NCBI GenBank assembly: GCA_039545335.1
Contig: BCIN01000006.1
Span: forward strand, 1,240,001-1,296,922
Direction of reading: 5' to 3'
Source: Kondoa subrosea
Lineage: Eukaryota
Length of the DNA: 56,922 bases
Below, one piece after another: positions 27,122 through 39,542 of this stretch; the first letter of the stretch is position 1; the number at the start of each line of letters is the position of its first letter. The notes beneath the pieces were generated by a model, which was not told where the DNA came from, did not search any database, and saw only the letters and a program-made list of their open reading frames with translations. The translations under genes and the position numbers were made by a program.

Positions 27122-29949
27122 CTATCGTCTGCCACCGTCCCTTCTGACAGGCGAAGGTGAATACCTTCTTCTATCACTTGTTCCTCTGCTCTGATCTTCT
27201 CTGCCTCCTCGCGCGTTCCCGTCGCCTCTTCCTTTAGGTACTTCGTCATCATAGAAATCCGTTGCTCGAGCTCTGCCACTTTTAGCAGCAGGTGGTGGGC
27301 TCCTAGATCGATCAGAACCAGAAGTAGAGTGCCTTCTTCTCTGAGAATCGCGTCTGCGTTCAGGAGTCGGGCTTCGTCGTCTGCGAGGTGGACTTCTCGA
27401 ATATGATCGATCTCTTCTTTTCCTTACTTCAGGCGAAACGGAACGACTGTATGATCTATTCCGTCTAGGAGGCGAGCGAGAAATAGAACGAGCCTTCTTT
27501 CTTGGTGGGGAGCGTGATCGTCGGCGACGGGGTGGTGAGCGAGATCTAGAGATGGCAGAGCTAGATGAAGAGCTATCTGATTCGCTTGAGCTGGAATCGG
27601 AAGAAGAGCTGTCTGATGATGAAGAAGGAGCGTTTGCTAAAGCTTGTCGTTGTTGAGCCATGATTTGAGCTGGCATAGTTCTGTAGTGGAAAATACCAAT
27701 CAGTTGCAGAACACAACGATGTCAACAGCAATACATACTTGAGATGTTCTCTCATTCCTTCGGTCAAAGCACCCATTTGGATAGAAGTCCAGAAACTATT
27801 CAACATATGAGAACTCTTTGCGCTAGAGTGTGAGGAAAAGGCGGTACTTACTTGATGGAGAATCTGGTGTTCTTGGGATTGTCCAATGGGAACATCCCTT
27901 CGTAATACATGGCCATCGATCCATCTTCGAACCTCGACTTTAATTTCGGCAGACCCAAAAATTCCACCAATTCCTGAAAGAGGATCTTGATAAAAATACG
28001 ACTGGAAGAAGTAGTATCATCTTCATTCATTCGGATAACTTGGAAAGCAGTCCAAGGTAAAGCGTCTGTTCCGAATAAATGACCAAAGAAACGGGCGATG
28101 TTGCGAAGTCGATTGGTTTCATAGCGATGAATGGTATCGAAGTAGGTACGGTAGGATTGTTCGAAAGCTTCTGACCAGACTTGGTTGAGCTTGCAAAGAC
28201 GTTCGCCCATGAGACCATAAAATTTGGAATAGGATCTCTCTTGAGAACAACATTCAACAATCATGTTGCACAATTCAATCTGTGTATCACGTTCGTTATG
28301 GGCAATGAAATTGCAAGAAGCGAACATGGCATACCTCTTGACCAGGAACAAGTTGAACTTGTAAAAGCTTATGGACAGCTTCTTCGAAGTCCAAAGCAGA
28401 CATGATAGTGAGATAGATCCTTCTCCTAAGGTTGACCAAGTTTGTTTCAGTATGATCATGAATATCGACTTGACCAGTGAGATCTGTGCAACACAACAAG
28501 GTAGAATAAGCTTCAACATTTTGCACACGGATCCCGACGCACCTTCACCGCCTTCCTCTTCTGAATCGCTAGATCCACTTTCACCACCTTCTTCATCCTC
28601 CTCTTCCTCATCACCCAGAATCTCTTGCTTAATCAACCTATACTCCTCTTGATGTTTCTCAAACTCATCATCTTTTTTAAACACATTCAACATTTCCAAA
28701 CTCTGCACCGTATCCGTCAAAGAAATTCGGTGCATAATTTGATCTTCTTCTTCAACCAAATCCAAACCTTCAGGTAAAATAGGGTTATCCTTAAACTTGT
28801 CTTTTCTTACTTGAAACAAGACTTCAACCATATATTGAACTCGTTTATCAATTCGTGGAGAATGTAAAACGTCTCGATACATTTCGTAGAGAGCATTGTT
28901 GAATTTCGGTTCTTCTTCTTGTAAAAGCAAACCAACTTCTCTTGTAAAAGTAACGGCCAATTCTACCGAATCGTCTGTTGGTTGTTCCAATAATAATTGT
29001 AAGACTTCCATTGCTAAGATTTCAGCAATTACGCGTTGATTGCATAGATGAGCTAGGAAAGTGAGAGTGGCAGTACAAGTTGGTTTATCGTTTCTTTTGA
29101 AAGCTCGACGGAATTGAATAATTAGGCGATGGATGAGAAGTTCACCGACTTGAGGTAATTTTGAGTTGATGATAGAAGTGAGACAGGCGAAAACTGGTGT
29201 GAAGGGTAAAGAAGCTGCTTGAGCTCGCATGATAGATCGACAGAAGAGACCCTGTAGGAGCAGAATAAATCACTTGTCAAACGAATGGGGCAACAACATA
29301 CCTTTCCGCGAATGAGATTCTCCGAGAAGATTTCGGGAACAATAAACTTGATATTCGCTACGTTGACCTGTCAAAAGCGTCAGTAACGGTCCAGCTATGA
29401 TATACAGAAGAAGTCACCTTGTTTATTAGACCATTGATAGACTTTCTTAGAGCATCCCACAGCAACCGTTGAGCATTATCACTAGCTTGATCCAAAGCTT
29501 GAGCTTCTCCCAGCATTGCACGCAATCGATGAGGTGGAATATAAGTTCCTCCTCCTTTCTGTGGTTTCGAACAATCATTCAATCAATCAGCCCTCAAGCT
29601 GAACAAGAACAGATGCCAAAACCTACCGTCAAGGCCATTTTAGCTATCTCAACTTTAGGGTCCACTTTCTTTTTCTCTGCTCCGCCAGACTCTAGTTCTT
29701 TCTCAGCCAATCTGATTGCCAGTTGCCTTTCCCGCTCTTTCCTTCTTTCAGGATCATTATCAATAATTCGTGGAATGTCTAAATCCAAAGCTCCGTCTGC
29801 TCTTCGTTTAGCTGAAGATGGTGAAGGAGAGCGACTGGATCTGTGACGACCGTCAATCACATTAAGATCTGAAAGAACTTAGAACATTTGACGATTGCTC
29901 ACCGTTTGCGTTTCGAGCCAGCTGCGAGATCATCTGATAAATCTGCCAT
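27122..29949 (-). CDS. CWC22: Pre-mRNA splicing factor Cwc22 (MIF4G + MA3, RS-rich tail)
   Basis: [53 protein letters not shown]. Confidence 0.96.
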
Positions 29950-30265
29950 TGTGTGATATATAAGTCGTAAATGTGGTATAGGCAGGTTGCGGACAGGGAG
30001 CAGCCTGCTCTTGTGAGTCGTGGCTGAGAGAAAAGGGTCTTCAACGAAACACAGAGAGGCGCAAAATCGGGTCTCTCACCCGTTTGACCGCTACTCTCTC
30101 TCCTTTCAACAGCAACGAGCATCTGCCCAATAGTCTCTGAAGTGCTCTTATACCACAAGATCAAACTTGAGGCAACATCGGATCCAGAGATTTCTGTGTC
30201 CTCTTTTCGTTTGATACGCAACTGTTCTGCTCTTCCTTGGCTTCTCAGACATCTGATTCAGCACT

Positions 30266-31694
30266 ATGCCTCCTAAACGTGAGTCTCGTGCTCGGTCTTC
30301 CCTATTACTGAGCTAATGTTTGAGCTGGAATCAGGCGATATCAACAGTATGCCTTTCTTCCTACATTCTCAAGCTCACTGGCTCATCAGATTCACTGTAC
30401 AGAGATCGGTTTCGAGAATGCAGAGTTCCCTATCCTTTGCGAGACTTGTTTAGGACCCAATCCCTATGTACGAATGGTCAGTTTGCCTTACTTCAACTCA
30501 CGGATGTAAACATGTGTGTTGATCGTTTGGTCTGACAGAGCAAGCAAGAATATGGTGCAGAATGCAAAGTACGTATTCCTCGACTTGACGTGTGAGGGAA
30601 GAAGCTGATTTGAAAGCAATAGACTTGCACTCGACCTTTTACTCTCTTCCGATGGATGCCTGGAGCTGGTATGCGATTTAAGAAAACAGAAGTCTGCCAG
30701 TCAGTCTTGGTATCTGTCTATGATAGTTATATCTGACAGGTCCAGTTTCTGACAGAACATGCGCCAAAATGAAGAACGTCTGTCAAACTTGTCTATTGGA
30801 TTTGCAATATCAGCTACCTACACAAGTTCGAGATGCTGCACTGCAAAGAGAAGGAGATGGTGCACCGAAAGATAATATCAACAAAGCTTACATAGCTCAA
30901 AACGTTCGTTCCATCTCGGTATTTGCTGCTTTCCAGCTAATGTCGGTGTCGGGACCAATAGGCCGAAGGAAACTTGGAAGGTCTTTCGGCAACTTCTTTC
31001 GGTAAAGCAGATCCAGCAACCAAAGAAATCCTGAAAAGATTAGCAAGAAACGATCCAAACTACAATCGCAACAAACCGAAACCTTGCTCCTTCTTCGCCA
31101 AAGGACAATGCAATAGAGGAGATGCTTGTCCTTATCGACATGAAATCGTTGAACAGACTGGACCGATGGCTAAACAGAGTATTCAGGATAGATGTGCGTC
31201 TTTCGAGATCGATCATCAGCTAGTGCTGATGATCGCTTTATGGGTCCCACAGATCATGGCAGAAATGATCCGGTTGCTAGACAGATACTGGCGAGGAATG
31301 CAAATGAGATGGGCTTAGCAGCACCCGAGGATCAATCTATCGTCAGTGTTCCCTATCTTGCATTGATACTTGCTGAACAAGGGTGCTTCAGCTCTCTTTC
31401 TTCATCACTGCTCTGCCTCAAGGCACATCAGAAGAGCTCATCCGAGCTCAGCTACCGGAACCTCAGCGGAACACCATCAAATCGATAGTCATGGTCTCTA
31501 CTTCATCTTCCGCATTCGTCAATTTCACATCAAGAGAAACAGCAGAAGCTGCTGCTTTGATATGGGGTGCAAGAGGTGCTCAACTCCAGTTTGAAGGTCA
31601 TGAGAAACCTGCTAGAGTACAATGGGGTAGAAGCAGAAAACAGAAAACCGTCGATGCTGCTCCTGTTGCCAGTGGATCGGGTGTAACAGTGTAA
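30266..31694 (+). CDS. SLT11: Pre-mRNA splicing factor Slt11/Ecm2 (RBM22)
   Basis: [32 protein letters not shown] finger [20 protein letters not shown]-terminal RRM. Confidence 0.93.
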
Positions 31695-31724
31695 AACTTA
31701 GATTGATTAATCAATAAGTTTACT

Positions 31725-34700
31725 TCATCTTGCATTATTAGACAAAGGACAATCGTAATGTCCGCAACCTGAAGGACAGCTATCCTGCTCGTTTCCAAAT
31801 GTCGGCAAACAACTTGCGTGAGCTGAACAACCGCACGTTGCGCAATAGAGCAATCGACCATGAATTCTTCGGTGACAGATTGCGCAAGATGAAGTGGAAG
31901 CCTCGCATCGTATGCAATATGTGAAGGGTGGTTGAAGGATCGCCTTGCCACATCGTCCACATGCTGTATATGTCGTTGTCGCGTCCTGTAACCCCAACAC
32001 TGAGCAGAGATTACAGATAGCGAGCGATGCGAAAGTTACCTCTTGCTTCCGCCGCACAAGTTCCATATCGGTTGCATCTTTCACTATCGCTGCTGCTGAA
32101 ATATGTAGATCACTCGATCGGAATTGTTCTATTTCAGCTCGTCAGTATTGCCTTGATCGGAGAGGGATGACAGACGAATCAGAGCGAAAGTGCATCTCGC
32201 TTGTAAAGTATAATCCAGCTCGATATTGCCTTTCAGCAATTGCATCATATAGACACAGGTTAAGGTATCGCCCTACCCATAAGATTAGACCAAATGGTAT
32301 TTTCCTTAGATGTTTAGCCTACCTTGTTCGCCAAATCTTGCAATACATTGCCAATCTGGCTCGAGACCCTCTTCATCATGTCCAAATATGGTCTCAACTG
32401 TTCTCTATCAGATTGGACACGAGGTGTAGGCGTCTCTGAGCTCTCTGCTCTCCAATGCAGATCTTCCGACCGATGATCTGTTTGGGCTAAAACCCGATCG
32501 ATAGCTAGACCGGGACCTCTTCTTGTTCTGGACCGACCAGGTCTTAGGGTAGCGGCAGATACACCTCGGAGGTTCTTTAGTTTTGGTCGAGGTTTCACGC
32601 TTGCGCTGTCGCCCTCCGAATCAGATTCAGTGGAAGTCATAATAGGTGTTGGATCGTTGTCAATTTCAGCAGAAGGTGTTAAAGGCGCAGAATGAACGTC
32701 CGAGAGATGAGATGGTTTGTGTTGCGTCAGTCTTGAAGCAACATGACCTAGTTGTCGACTAGTGCTGGTTGAGCGTGTGCTAGAGGAGGAAGAGAGACCG
32801 CTTTTTGACAATGACCGGGAATGTAGATTCTCAGCAGACGGCGGTCCTTCTGATTTAGTAAAGGGGTAATATTTGCTTGTTGAGGCAGCAGAATTTTGCG
32901 AAGTTCGCAGGCCGTTGGAAGGCGAGACATAGCGATATGTAGTGTATACTTCAGTTTCTGTCTGGCTCTCTTGTACCGCTGGCGATTGAGAAGCTATTTG
33001 ACTGGTTGCAGGCTTCTCATCGCCGAAACAAGCAGCGATGATAAGCCAGGTAGCTTCCAGATCAAAGCGTCCGACAGCTGCTGCGCACTAGGCATCTTTG
33101 TTGAGCATTTTGACATGAATGCAGATTTGGCAAGACAAACTTCTGCATTGTGCCTACAGGCCTCGTATAGCGTTCTCCGACCAAGTTGGTACGTGTAATG
33201 TCTTGCTAGGTACTCGAAGGCCTGCCTATCTGACTGACATGAATCTGGCTCGACTAGCAATAGCATTTGTTCGGCTGCGGTTTCAGCACCACTAGACAAA
33301 GTCGTCAGAACTGTGATGTGAGGCGAAGCAAAGGAGAACGTACTCTTCGTCTCTTGCTATAGCAGTGAAAGCCAATTGATCACTCGTATCCCAACAGACT
33401 TGTTGCAGTGGCAGTCCAGTGAGCGGCATCTCAAGATCCGTCAAAAGATCATATCTTGCTACCACACCGGAATCTCGATGTACAGCAACAAGGAGTTCGC
33501 CTTCTTGATCAGCGAACGAAATATCTGCTATAGTGTGAGTGAGATAATCTTATCGCCAAGCTAACAACAGACCCGATATTGTGCCATCCTCTGGACGTAA
33601 TACAGCGTGAGGAACGTTTTCTCTCCTGACATCCCAAACTTCTACCTCATTGCGCCAACCTTTCCTGCTGCCCCTGTTCTCCAGATCCGAGACAGATTGA
33701 TGCGATAAAGTATTGGCGGTCACATTATGAGGAGTAGAGATCAATTGACTGGGATGATTGTTCCTCCACTTGACATTCGATACTCCGGAAGTGCAATTGA
33801 GTGTTTTAACCGGTTTCAGTGGTAGACCCGTGGTCTTTGAAGCCCATATTCGAATCGTTCCATCTAACCCACCCGTAGCTATCCAACCATCGTCGTACTC
33901 TTCTTGCTCAGAACCAGAGAAACTTCGAGACTTCCAATCGATACACATGGCTCCTCCTATATGAGCCATGATGCGATCTTGAGATGTAGAAGTATTCCTC
34001 AGATCCCATTTATACAAAGCGCCACTTTCGTTGACAGCACACAAATGTTGCAGAGTTGAGGAAGAGGGGGAAAGCGCGAATTGGCGGACTGCATCCGATG
34101 CGCTGTAAAGCGACAGATCTGCTGCTCGAGCACTTTTACGGATATCCTAGACGTCAAAAGTCAGTCAGGCAAGAATGTGCTACAGTAAAACATACCCAAA
34201 ACCTGATGAAAGAATCTTGACTGCCGGTAATGATGAAAGAACCAGAAGGACCAGCAAACGAGATGTGATTGATAGCTCGATCATGCTCCGATCTAATTTG
34301 TTCTGTGCAGCATCATTTTGTTCAAGTCCTCAGCCTTCAGGAAAACACCAGACAAACCTATTCTATCTGACACCCCTGCAGCAACGTTCCATAGTATCAC
34401 AGAACCATTTGAGCAACCAGTAACGACTTTATCCATCGAGCTTTCGAAGCCCCAAGCTACGCTAGTCAAGCTATAGTTTTTGCTGAGTTTCGCTTTCTCC
34501 CTAACATCGCAAACGGTTTTTACTTGACTATCTTGAAATTTGATTAATTTGAGCGTATGTCTTCCCAATATAGCATAATGATTTCCTGAAGGCGATCTTG
34601 ACAGACCAAGTAAGGGTGCAGATGTGCCATTGTCTCTTGTTCCAGTCAAATGGGAAGAGATAGTCCGCGAGACCGATACAGAGAAGTACGAATCCTCTTC

Positions 34701-34802
34701 GGCCTTGCTGATTGGAGTGGAAAGCAGCGGTGCAGAAGAGGAAGCAGAAGGGAAGTAAGTGAATGCATGAGAAGTTGAAGTTCCAAGCTGAGGCAAGGAC
34801 AT
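31725..34802 (-). CDS. RTC1: GATOR2/SEACAT subunit Rtc1/Sea2 (WDR24): WD40 repeats plus C-terminal zinc finger/RING
   Basis: ESGALYKWDLR, AHIGGAMCIDW, IATGGLDGTIRIW, EVWDVRR, CRHNAEV, C-terminal CGRCGK...CAICH...CPSGCGH. Confidence 0.82.
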
Positions 34803-34944
34803 GACTCGTTGTTCAGGCAAGCACACGAAGAGTAAAGAGTGAGATCAGAGAGAAGAAGAACAGCCTTAGCCTTCCCTAGCCTTCTGTACCGAGCATCATG
34901 CCTCTTTGTTGATCCGTCCGTGGTTAGTTCCAAACCGTGATCTG

Positions 34945-36059
34945 ATGAGCATTCGAGAAGTCCTTGCAAGGCAGCAGAACTGCTCGCAAACGCCTGACGA
35001 AATACGGTCCCTAGTCATCGACTATCTTTTGGATCAATGTTATTGCAATTCCGCGGTCGCCTTTATTCATGACATTGAGCTGGCAGAGAAGAACAGACCA
35101 GATATTGAGAATCTATGGGTAAACGGGCCTGCATTGGAGGAGAGAGGGCGCCAGGGGTTGATAGCGACGAGTTATGCTGGAATCATAGCTTCCGCACGAT
35201 TACGCCAAAGTGAGTCATTGAAGGTGCGCTGACTCTTGTCGGTAAGCTCAATACTCTCTGAGTATAGCTATTCAAGATCATATTCTGGAAGGCAATATCG
35301 CCAAAGCTATCTCCGAATGTCGAGCTCACTTCCCTTCTATCCTCGAACTTCCTTCTACTCGCGAAGCAGACACTGAATCTTTCATGTCCTCCTCAATGTC
35401 TTCTTCAATGACCAATTCTCTACCTAAACGCTGTTATCCTTTATTCAGCAAACCCAATTTTATGCCTACCTCACCTGAAAGTTCCTACAAATCCGATCCA
35501 CGTATCTTACGTCAAGCAGCACCCATTACAGTCGATGTCAGAGTGTTGAATCTAGATCTTCAATTACAGCAACTGATCGAATCTATTCAATCCAAACCAA
35601 CGGACCTGGTCACTCTGTTGACGGGCGCTCAAAGCCTGTATGGCTATCTACACTCGATCAAGGCTAATGAAGTCAAAGAATACTACCTGAAAGAGTTGGC
35701 CACTGTTAGCGGACTGATGGCTTACCCTGATTTAGCAAATGTTGGGGAAGGGTTAAAGGTTTATTTGGATCCGAAAAGGCGAAGCGAACTGGCTGAGAGG
35801 GTTAACAAAGCCATCTTGCGTACGTTCCTTCGCTTCTGTATGGATAATTACAGCATTTAAGAAAAACTTTGCAGAGGGTTCTGGAAGTCAACCGACTCCT
35901 GCTTTAGGCCGAATAGCGAAACAGACAGAGGCAGTCTACTCTACTCTAGAAAGTATGAAGGCTACTCTGCCCTCTGCTACACCAAGCAGCGGAAACGCCA
36001 ATGGTCTGGAGAAGATCACAGCTCTGTCTTTAAGAGATCTCAATCTGATGAGAGAATAA
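34945..36059 (+). CDS. LisH-CTLH-CRA protein (GID/CTLH E3 complex-type subunit)
   Basis: LisH IRSLVIDYLLDQCYCNSAVAF; CTLH IQDHILEGNIAKAI; CRA GLMAYPDL...YLDPKRRSELAERVNKAIL; start codon uncertain. Confidence 0.8.
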
Positions 36060-36604
36060 ATCGATGCGGACGCAGTTTTGATGGGCTAAAATTGCAGCAA
36101 GCATGTCCATGACGACGGGCAGTACGATGCCGCTGGATATCGATGCGAACTCGCGACATGATATCGCATCCTGGCTGGTCCGGATTAAAAGAACTTGTGT
36201 CGTTCCTTTTCTTGTCGGTAGACCATTCAATTCAAGATTTGCAATATAGACGCTTCAATGGCAGTCTCGAATCCCAATACCGTAGAAGGTGTTTGAAAGG
36301 CAAATTCGTGTTGTTCGGTTGTACTATTTCACCCTTCCACTCGTCCTCTGACCACGCTACTCTTGTCTATTTCATCCACTTCGCTTTCTTCTATGCTACC
36401 TTGTGTCTGTCCTCCTGATGCCCGCCATTCCTTCAGTGTTTTGCTCTGTTTCTGAACCAGTCTCAGGAACCAAACTGTTTTGCTAGTTGAGTCCCCTATA
36501 TCCATTCCCTCTGTTCAGCCATTCTTGTCGTACTCAAAAGGTGCTGATTGCTCTTGTCCTTTCTCTTCTCATCTCAAATTTACTTTGCCCGAACTTTACT
36601 CGAG

Positions 36605-36625
36605 AAACCAAACCAAACCAAAACC
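36605..36625 (+). repeat. Short (AAACC)n tandem repeat just upstream of the 36638 ATG
   Basis: AAACC x3 followed by AAAACC. Confidence 0.6.
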
Positions 36626-36637
36626 ACTTCCAACATC

Positions 36638-37105
36638 ATGCCTTCTACCAGATCATCATCATCCTCCTGCTCCTCCTCCTCAAGCAAACGATCTCGCACG
36701 AGCAGCAATCGATCCTCGGCACACACCATCGCTTTCATGCCTTGGGAACCAACTTCAACGGTCAAAGTCGATACACTCACTGCAACCTGCTACGCTTCTC
36801 CTTTGGTAGTCTATGGTCCTAGCGATCTAAAACCAGGATTAGTTACACCTTATGGCGATGAATGGGAAGAAGATCATTTCAATTTCAAAGCTCGATGTGA
36901 TTTTGCTCTGAAATTGGATGAGAACAGAAGAAGTCGATCTACTTTTTTATCTAGATTGTTTTTTGGTGCACCTGAACCTCCTCATTTTAATGGATGCGAA
37001 GTTTTTAGAAAAGGAGATGGTCAACTTACTTTGGCTTGTCATCAGTATCATCAATCTAAATGGGAAAAGATTTGTACTGCTCGAGTATCATCTAGTAGAA
37101 GATGA
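36638..37105 (+). CDS. Intronless hypothetical protein (155 aa)
   Basis: ATG in caacatcATG context, biased codon usage like neighbouring long exons, Ser-rich N-terminus and globular-looking C-terminus; no family recognised. Confidence 0.6.
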   Translation: MPSTRSSSSSCSSSSSKRSRTSSNRSSAHTIAFMPWEPTSTVKVDTLTATCYASPLVVYGPSDLKPGLVTPYGDEWEEDHFNFKARCDFALKLDENRRSRSTFLSRLFFGAPEPPHFNGCEVFRKGDGQLTLACHQYHQSKWEKICTARVSSSRR

Positions 37106-37705
37106 GTACTCGTTTTGCTTGCGAAAAATCCTTCGTTCAGGAGGAGTGTACTGATTGTCTTTAGTGCGTGATTTATTGGAATTTGTATTGCGATGTAAAT
37201 TGTATTGTACTGGATGGAGTATATATTGGTCGTATCGGAGCTGTATCAAATGTCGACGTATCTGCATCGAATAAATGTCAAATATCTGTTCTTGCCTCTT
37301 ATTATGATCCGATTTCCATCGCAGTGCTATTTGACTTGAGCTTTGTAACAATAGCGTGGAATTTATTTCGCAGGTAATCTAAACACACAGTCCTATCTTT
37401 TGCAAGATGGCAAAGAAGCAACGAAGGGGAAGAGACGGAAGGCGCGAGGGGTCGAAGCGAGCAGACTCTGTACCGGACTTTTGGGAAGAGGAAAGTCGTG
37501 TATAGATGTACAACCTAGGAAGGCGATACGAAAGAACATAGGAAGGAGGGAGAATTGCAGACGAGAACTGTGACAAAAACAGGTTGCCAAAAAGATCTTG
37601 CATTACATACACCATCCAACTCTCATCATCATAATCATCTCATCTGCATCCAATCTCTCGCTTGATAGCCTAATCTCTTGCAACAGAGCGATTAATGAGA
37701 ATATT

Positions 37706-38071
37706 TCACGACGATTCTTGGTATTGGCCTCTGATATCCTTCCACTGCTTCTGTACATTCGTGACTCGGATATCAGACTTCTAGACTGACATCAAAGAAC
37801 CGTTGATCACGCACTCCTTTATTCTTTGCGTCCCAGATAGCAGAGGTAGCTTTATCGAAGCCTATGCCGAAAGCGAATGCTCCAATGAAGATGGATGCGA
37901 CCTGTTCGGTATGGACAGCTACCTGATAAGCTATCTAAGCGTATGCAGTGCCGATCTTAGACGAACATAGACTGAATTGCGTTTGAAAAGATTGGCTATT
38001 GGGCCAACGGGAGGAGCCTGAAAGAAACAAATCAGCCTGATTCGCTTTGATCTAGCGAATCAGCTAACCAT
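37706..38071 (-). CDS. QCR9: Cytochrome bc1 complex subunit 9 (61 aa, 4 exons)
   Basis: Spliced M|APPVGPIANLFKRNSVY|VASIFIGAFAFGIGFDKATSAIWDAKNKG|KQWKDIRGQYQESS*; absent from the ORF track. Confidence 0.93.
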
Positions 38072-38203
38072 GATGAGCTTAGATGACTTGACGGTCTTGA
38101 AGAAAGAAAGGCTCCTGCCTGTGGAAAGGCGGATTTGTTTGAAACTTACAAAATTCTCAGCTGTTTTGAGGTGAAAGAAGGGGTTTGAGAGAAAGAGCCA
38201 GCT

Positions 38204-39162
38204 ATGTCAGACATGAGCAGCAACTACTTCCAGACAGTCAAACGCGTACGCACAGTCGAATGTTACCATCACACTACAGCTCAGCTCACTTCGCATGCTA
38301 GAGTTATAAAGATGTCCCAGTCACTGATCAGGGGATTGATACTTCAAGTTTCCTTGAGGCTACTGAAGGCTTAGTCAAGCTCTTTGGTGCGTGTCTTTCA
38401 TCCTACAGACCACATTTATCAGCTAATGGGAATATCTTCATGCACAGACGTGCTCGGTTCCGCCGCGTTCAAAGTCGTTCAATCTGATCTTACGGGCAAT
38501 ATCGAGGTAAGCGTCGATTTCACAGTCTTATTAGTCTTTGCTCTGATGCTGTGAATGATTCGCCTAAAGAAAATCCGTACTCGTCTCCTTGAAGCACCAA
38601 CCAGATCCCAAACCCTCGAAGAATTGGTCAAGAATGAATTAGCAGAGAAGAAGAACAAGGCAACTCAAGCTCTACTATGGCTAACTCGGTTCGTTCTACT
38701 ATGGCTTTCGAGTAATTGTTAGATGCTTACCGACTCCGAATAAACAGCGGACTTCATTTCACTTCTTTAGCTTTGAGAAGATCTCTCGATAACCCCAATG
38801 AAGAACTCAGCGTATCGTTCACTAAAGCGTATGAAGGTACTTTGAAACAATATCACTCTTTCGTCGTTCGCCCGCTTTTCACTGTATGTTTGCTCTCCTT
38901 ATTCCCAGAGGATAAAATCCTGACTTGTTGGGGCTTTTAGCTGGCTATGAAGGCTTGTCCGTACAGAGAAGACTTCTACACCAAGTTGGGTTCACCTAGG
39001 GACGTAATGCTCCAAGAACTGGAAGCCTGGTTGGGTGCATTAGAGAAGATCGTCAAAGTGAGACTGATCCCTCTGCAGCCGAGTGAATATGACTGAGCAT
39101 TACTGTATCGATAGCAAATCCAAGACTTCTATACTGCTGGCAATTATGGCAAAGGTCTTTAA
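38204..39162 (+). CDS. Glycolipid transfer protein (GLTP / HET-C2 family)
   Basis: IDTSSFLEATEGLVKLFDVLGSAAFKVVQSDLTGNI, ATQALLWLTRGL, AYEGTLKQYHSFVVRPLF, AMKACPYREDFY. Confidence 0.92.
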
Positions 39163-39542
39163 GCGGAGAGAACGGGATTCTTTTCCATTTTGCATTTCAA
39201 CACTCACTTTTGCCTTCGATACGCCGTGTTTATACGTATGGCTTGGCTTGGCTTAGCTTGTTCCCTGTGATGCAAAGTTCCTGCACGAGTTGGCCAAGAC
39301 GTTGCCTCGAGCTTTCCTTATTGAACTTCGCGGGCTTGATTGAATGATTGCTTGACATAAGGAAATTGGAAAGCAGCAAACCTTGCATGACGCAGGGAAG
39401 AGCTGCCGCTTGAAACAATGAGAATTGTTTTCAGCAGATGCCATCCAAATAGCTAAAGACACACTTACTATTCTGGACATGCTAGTGATTGCTTTTCTCC
39501 ACGAAAGCCAACTCCTTCATGAGAGGCGATTGCAATTGCGCT

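Noticed and set aside
27300..27620. Repetitive RS/SD tract as a repeat element
   Set aside because: It is the normal RS-rich C-terminus of Cwc22.
36142..36170. Inverted repeat GATGCGA...TCGCATC as an ncRNA hairpin
   Set aside because: A 7-bp stem is expected by chance in 57 kb.
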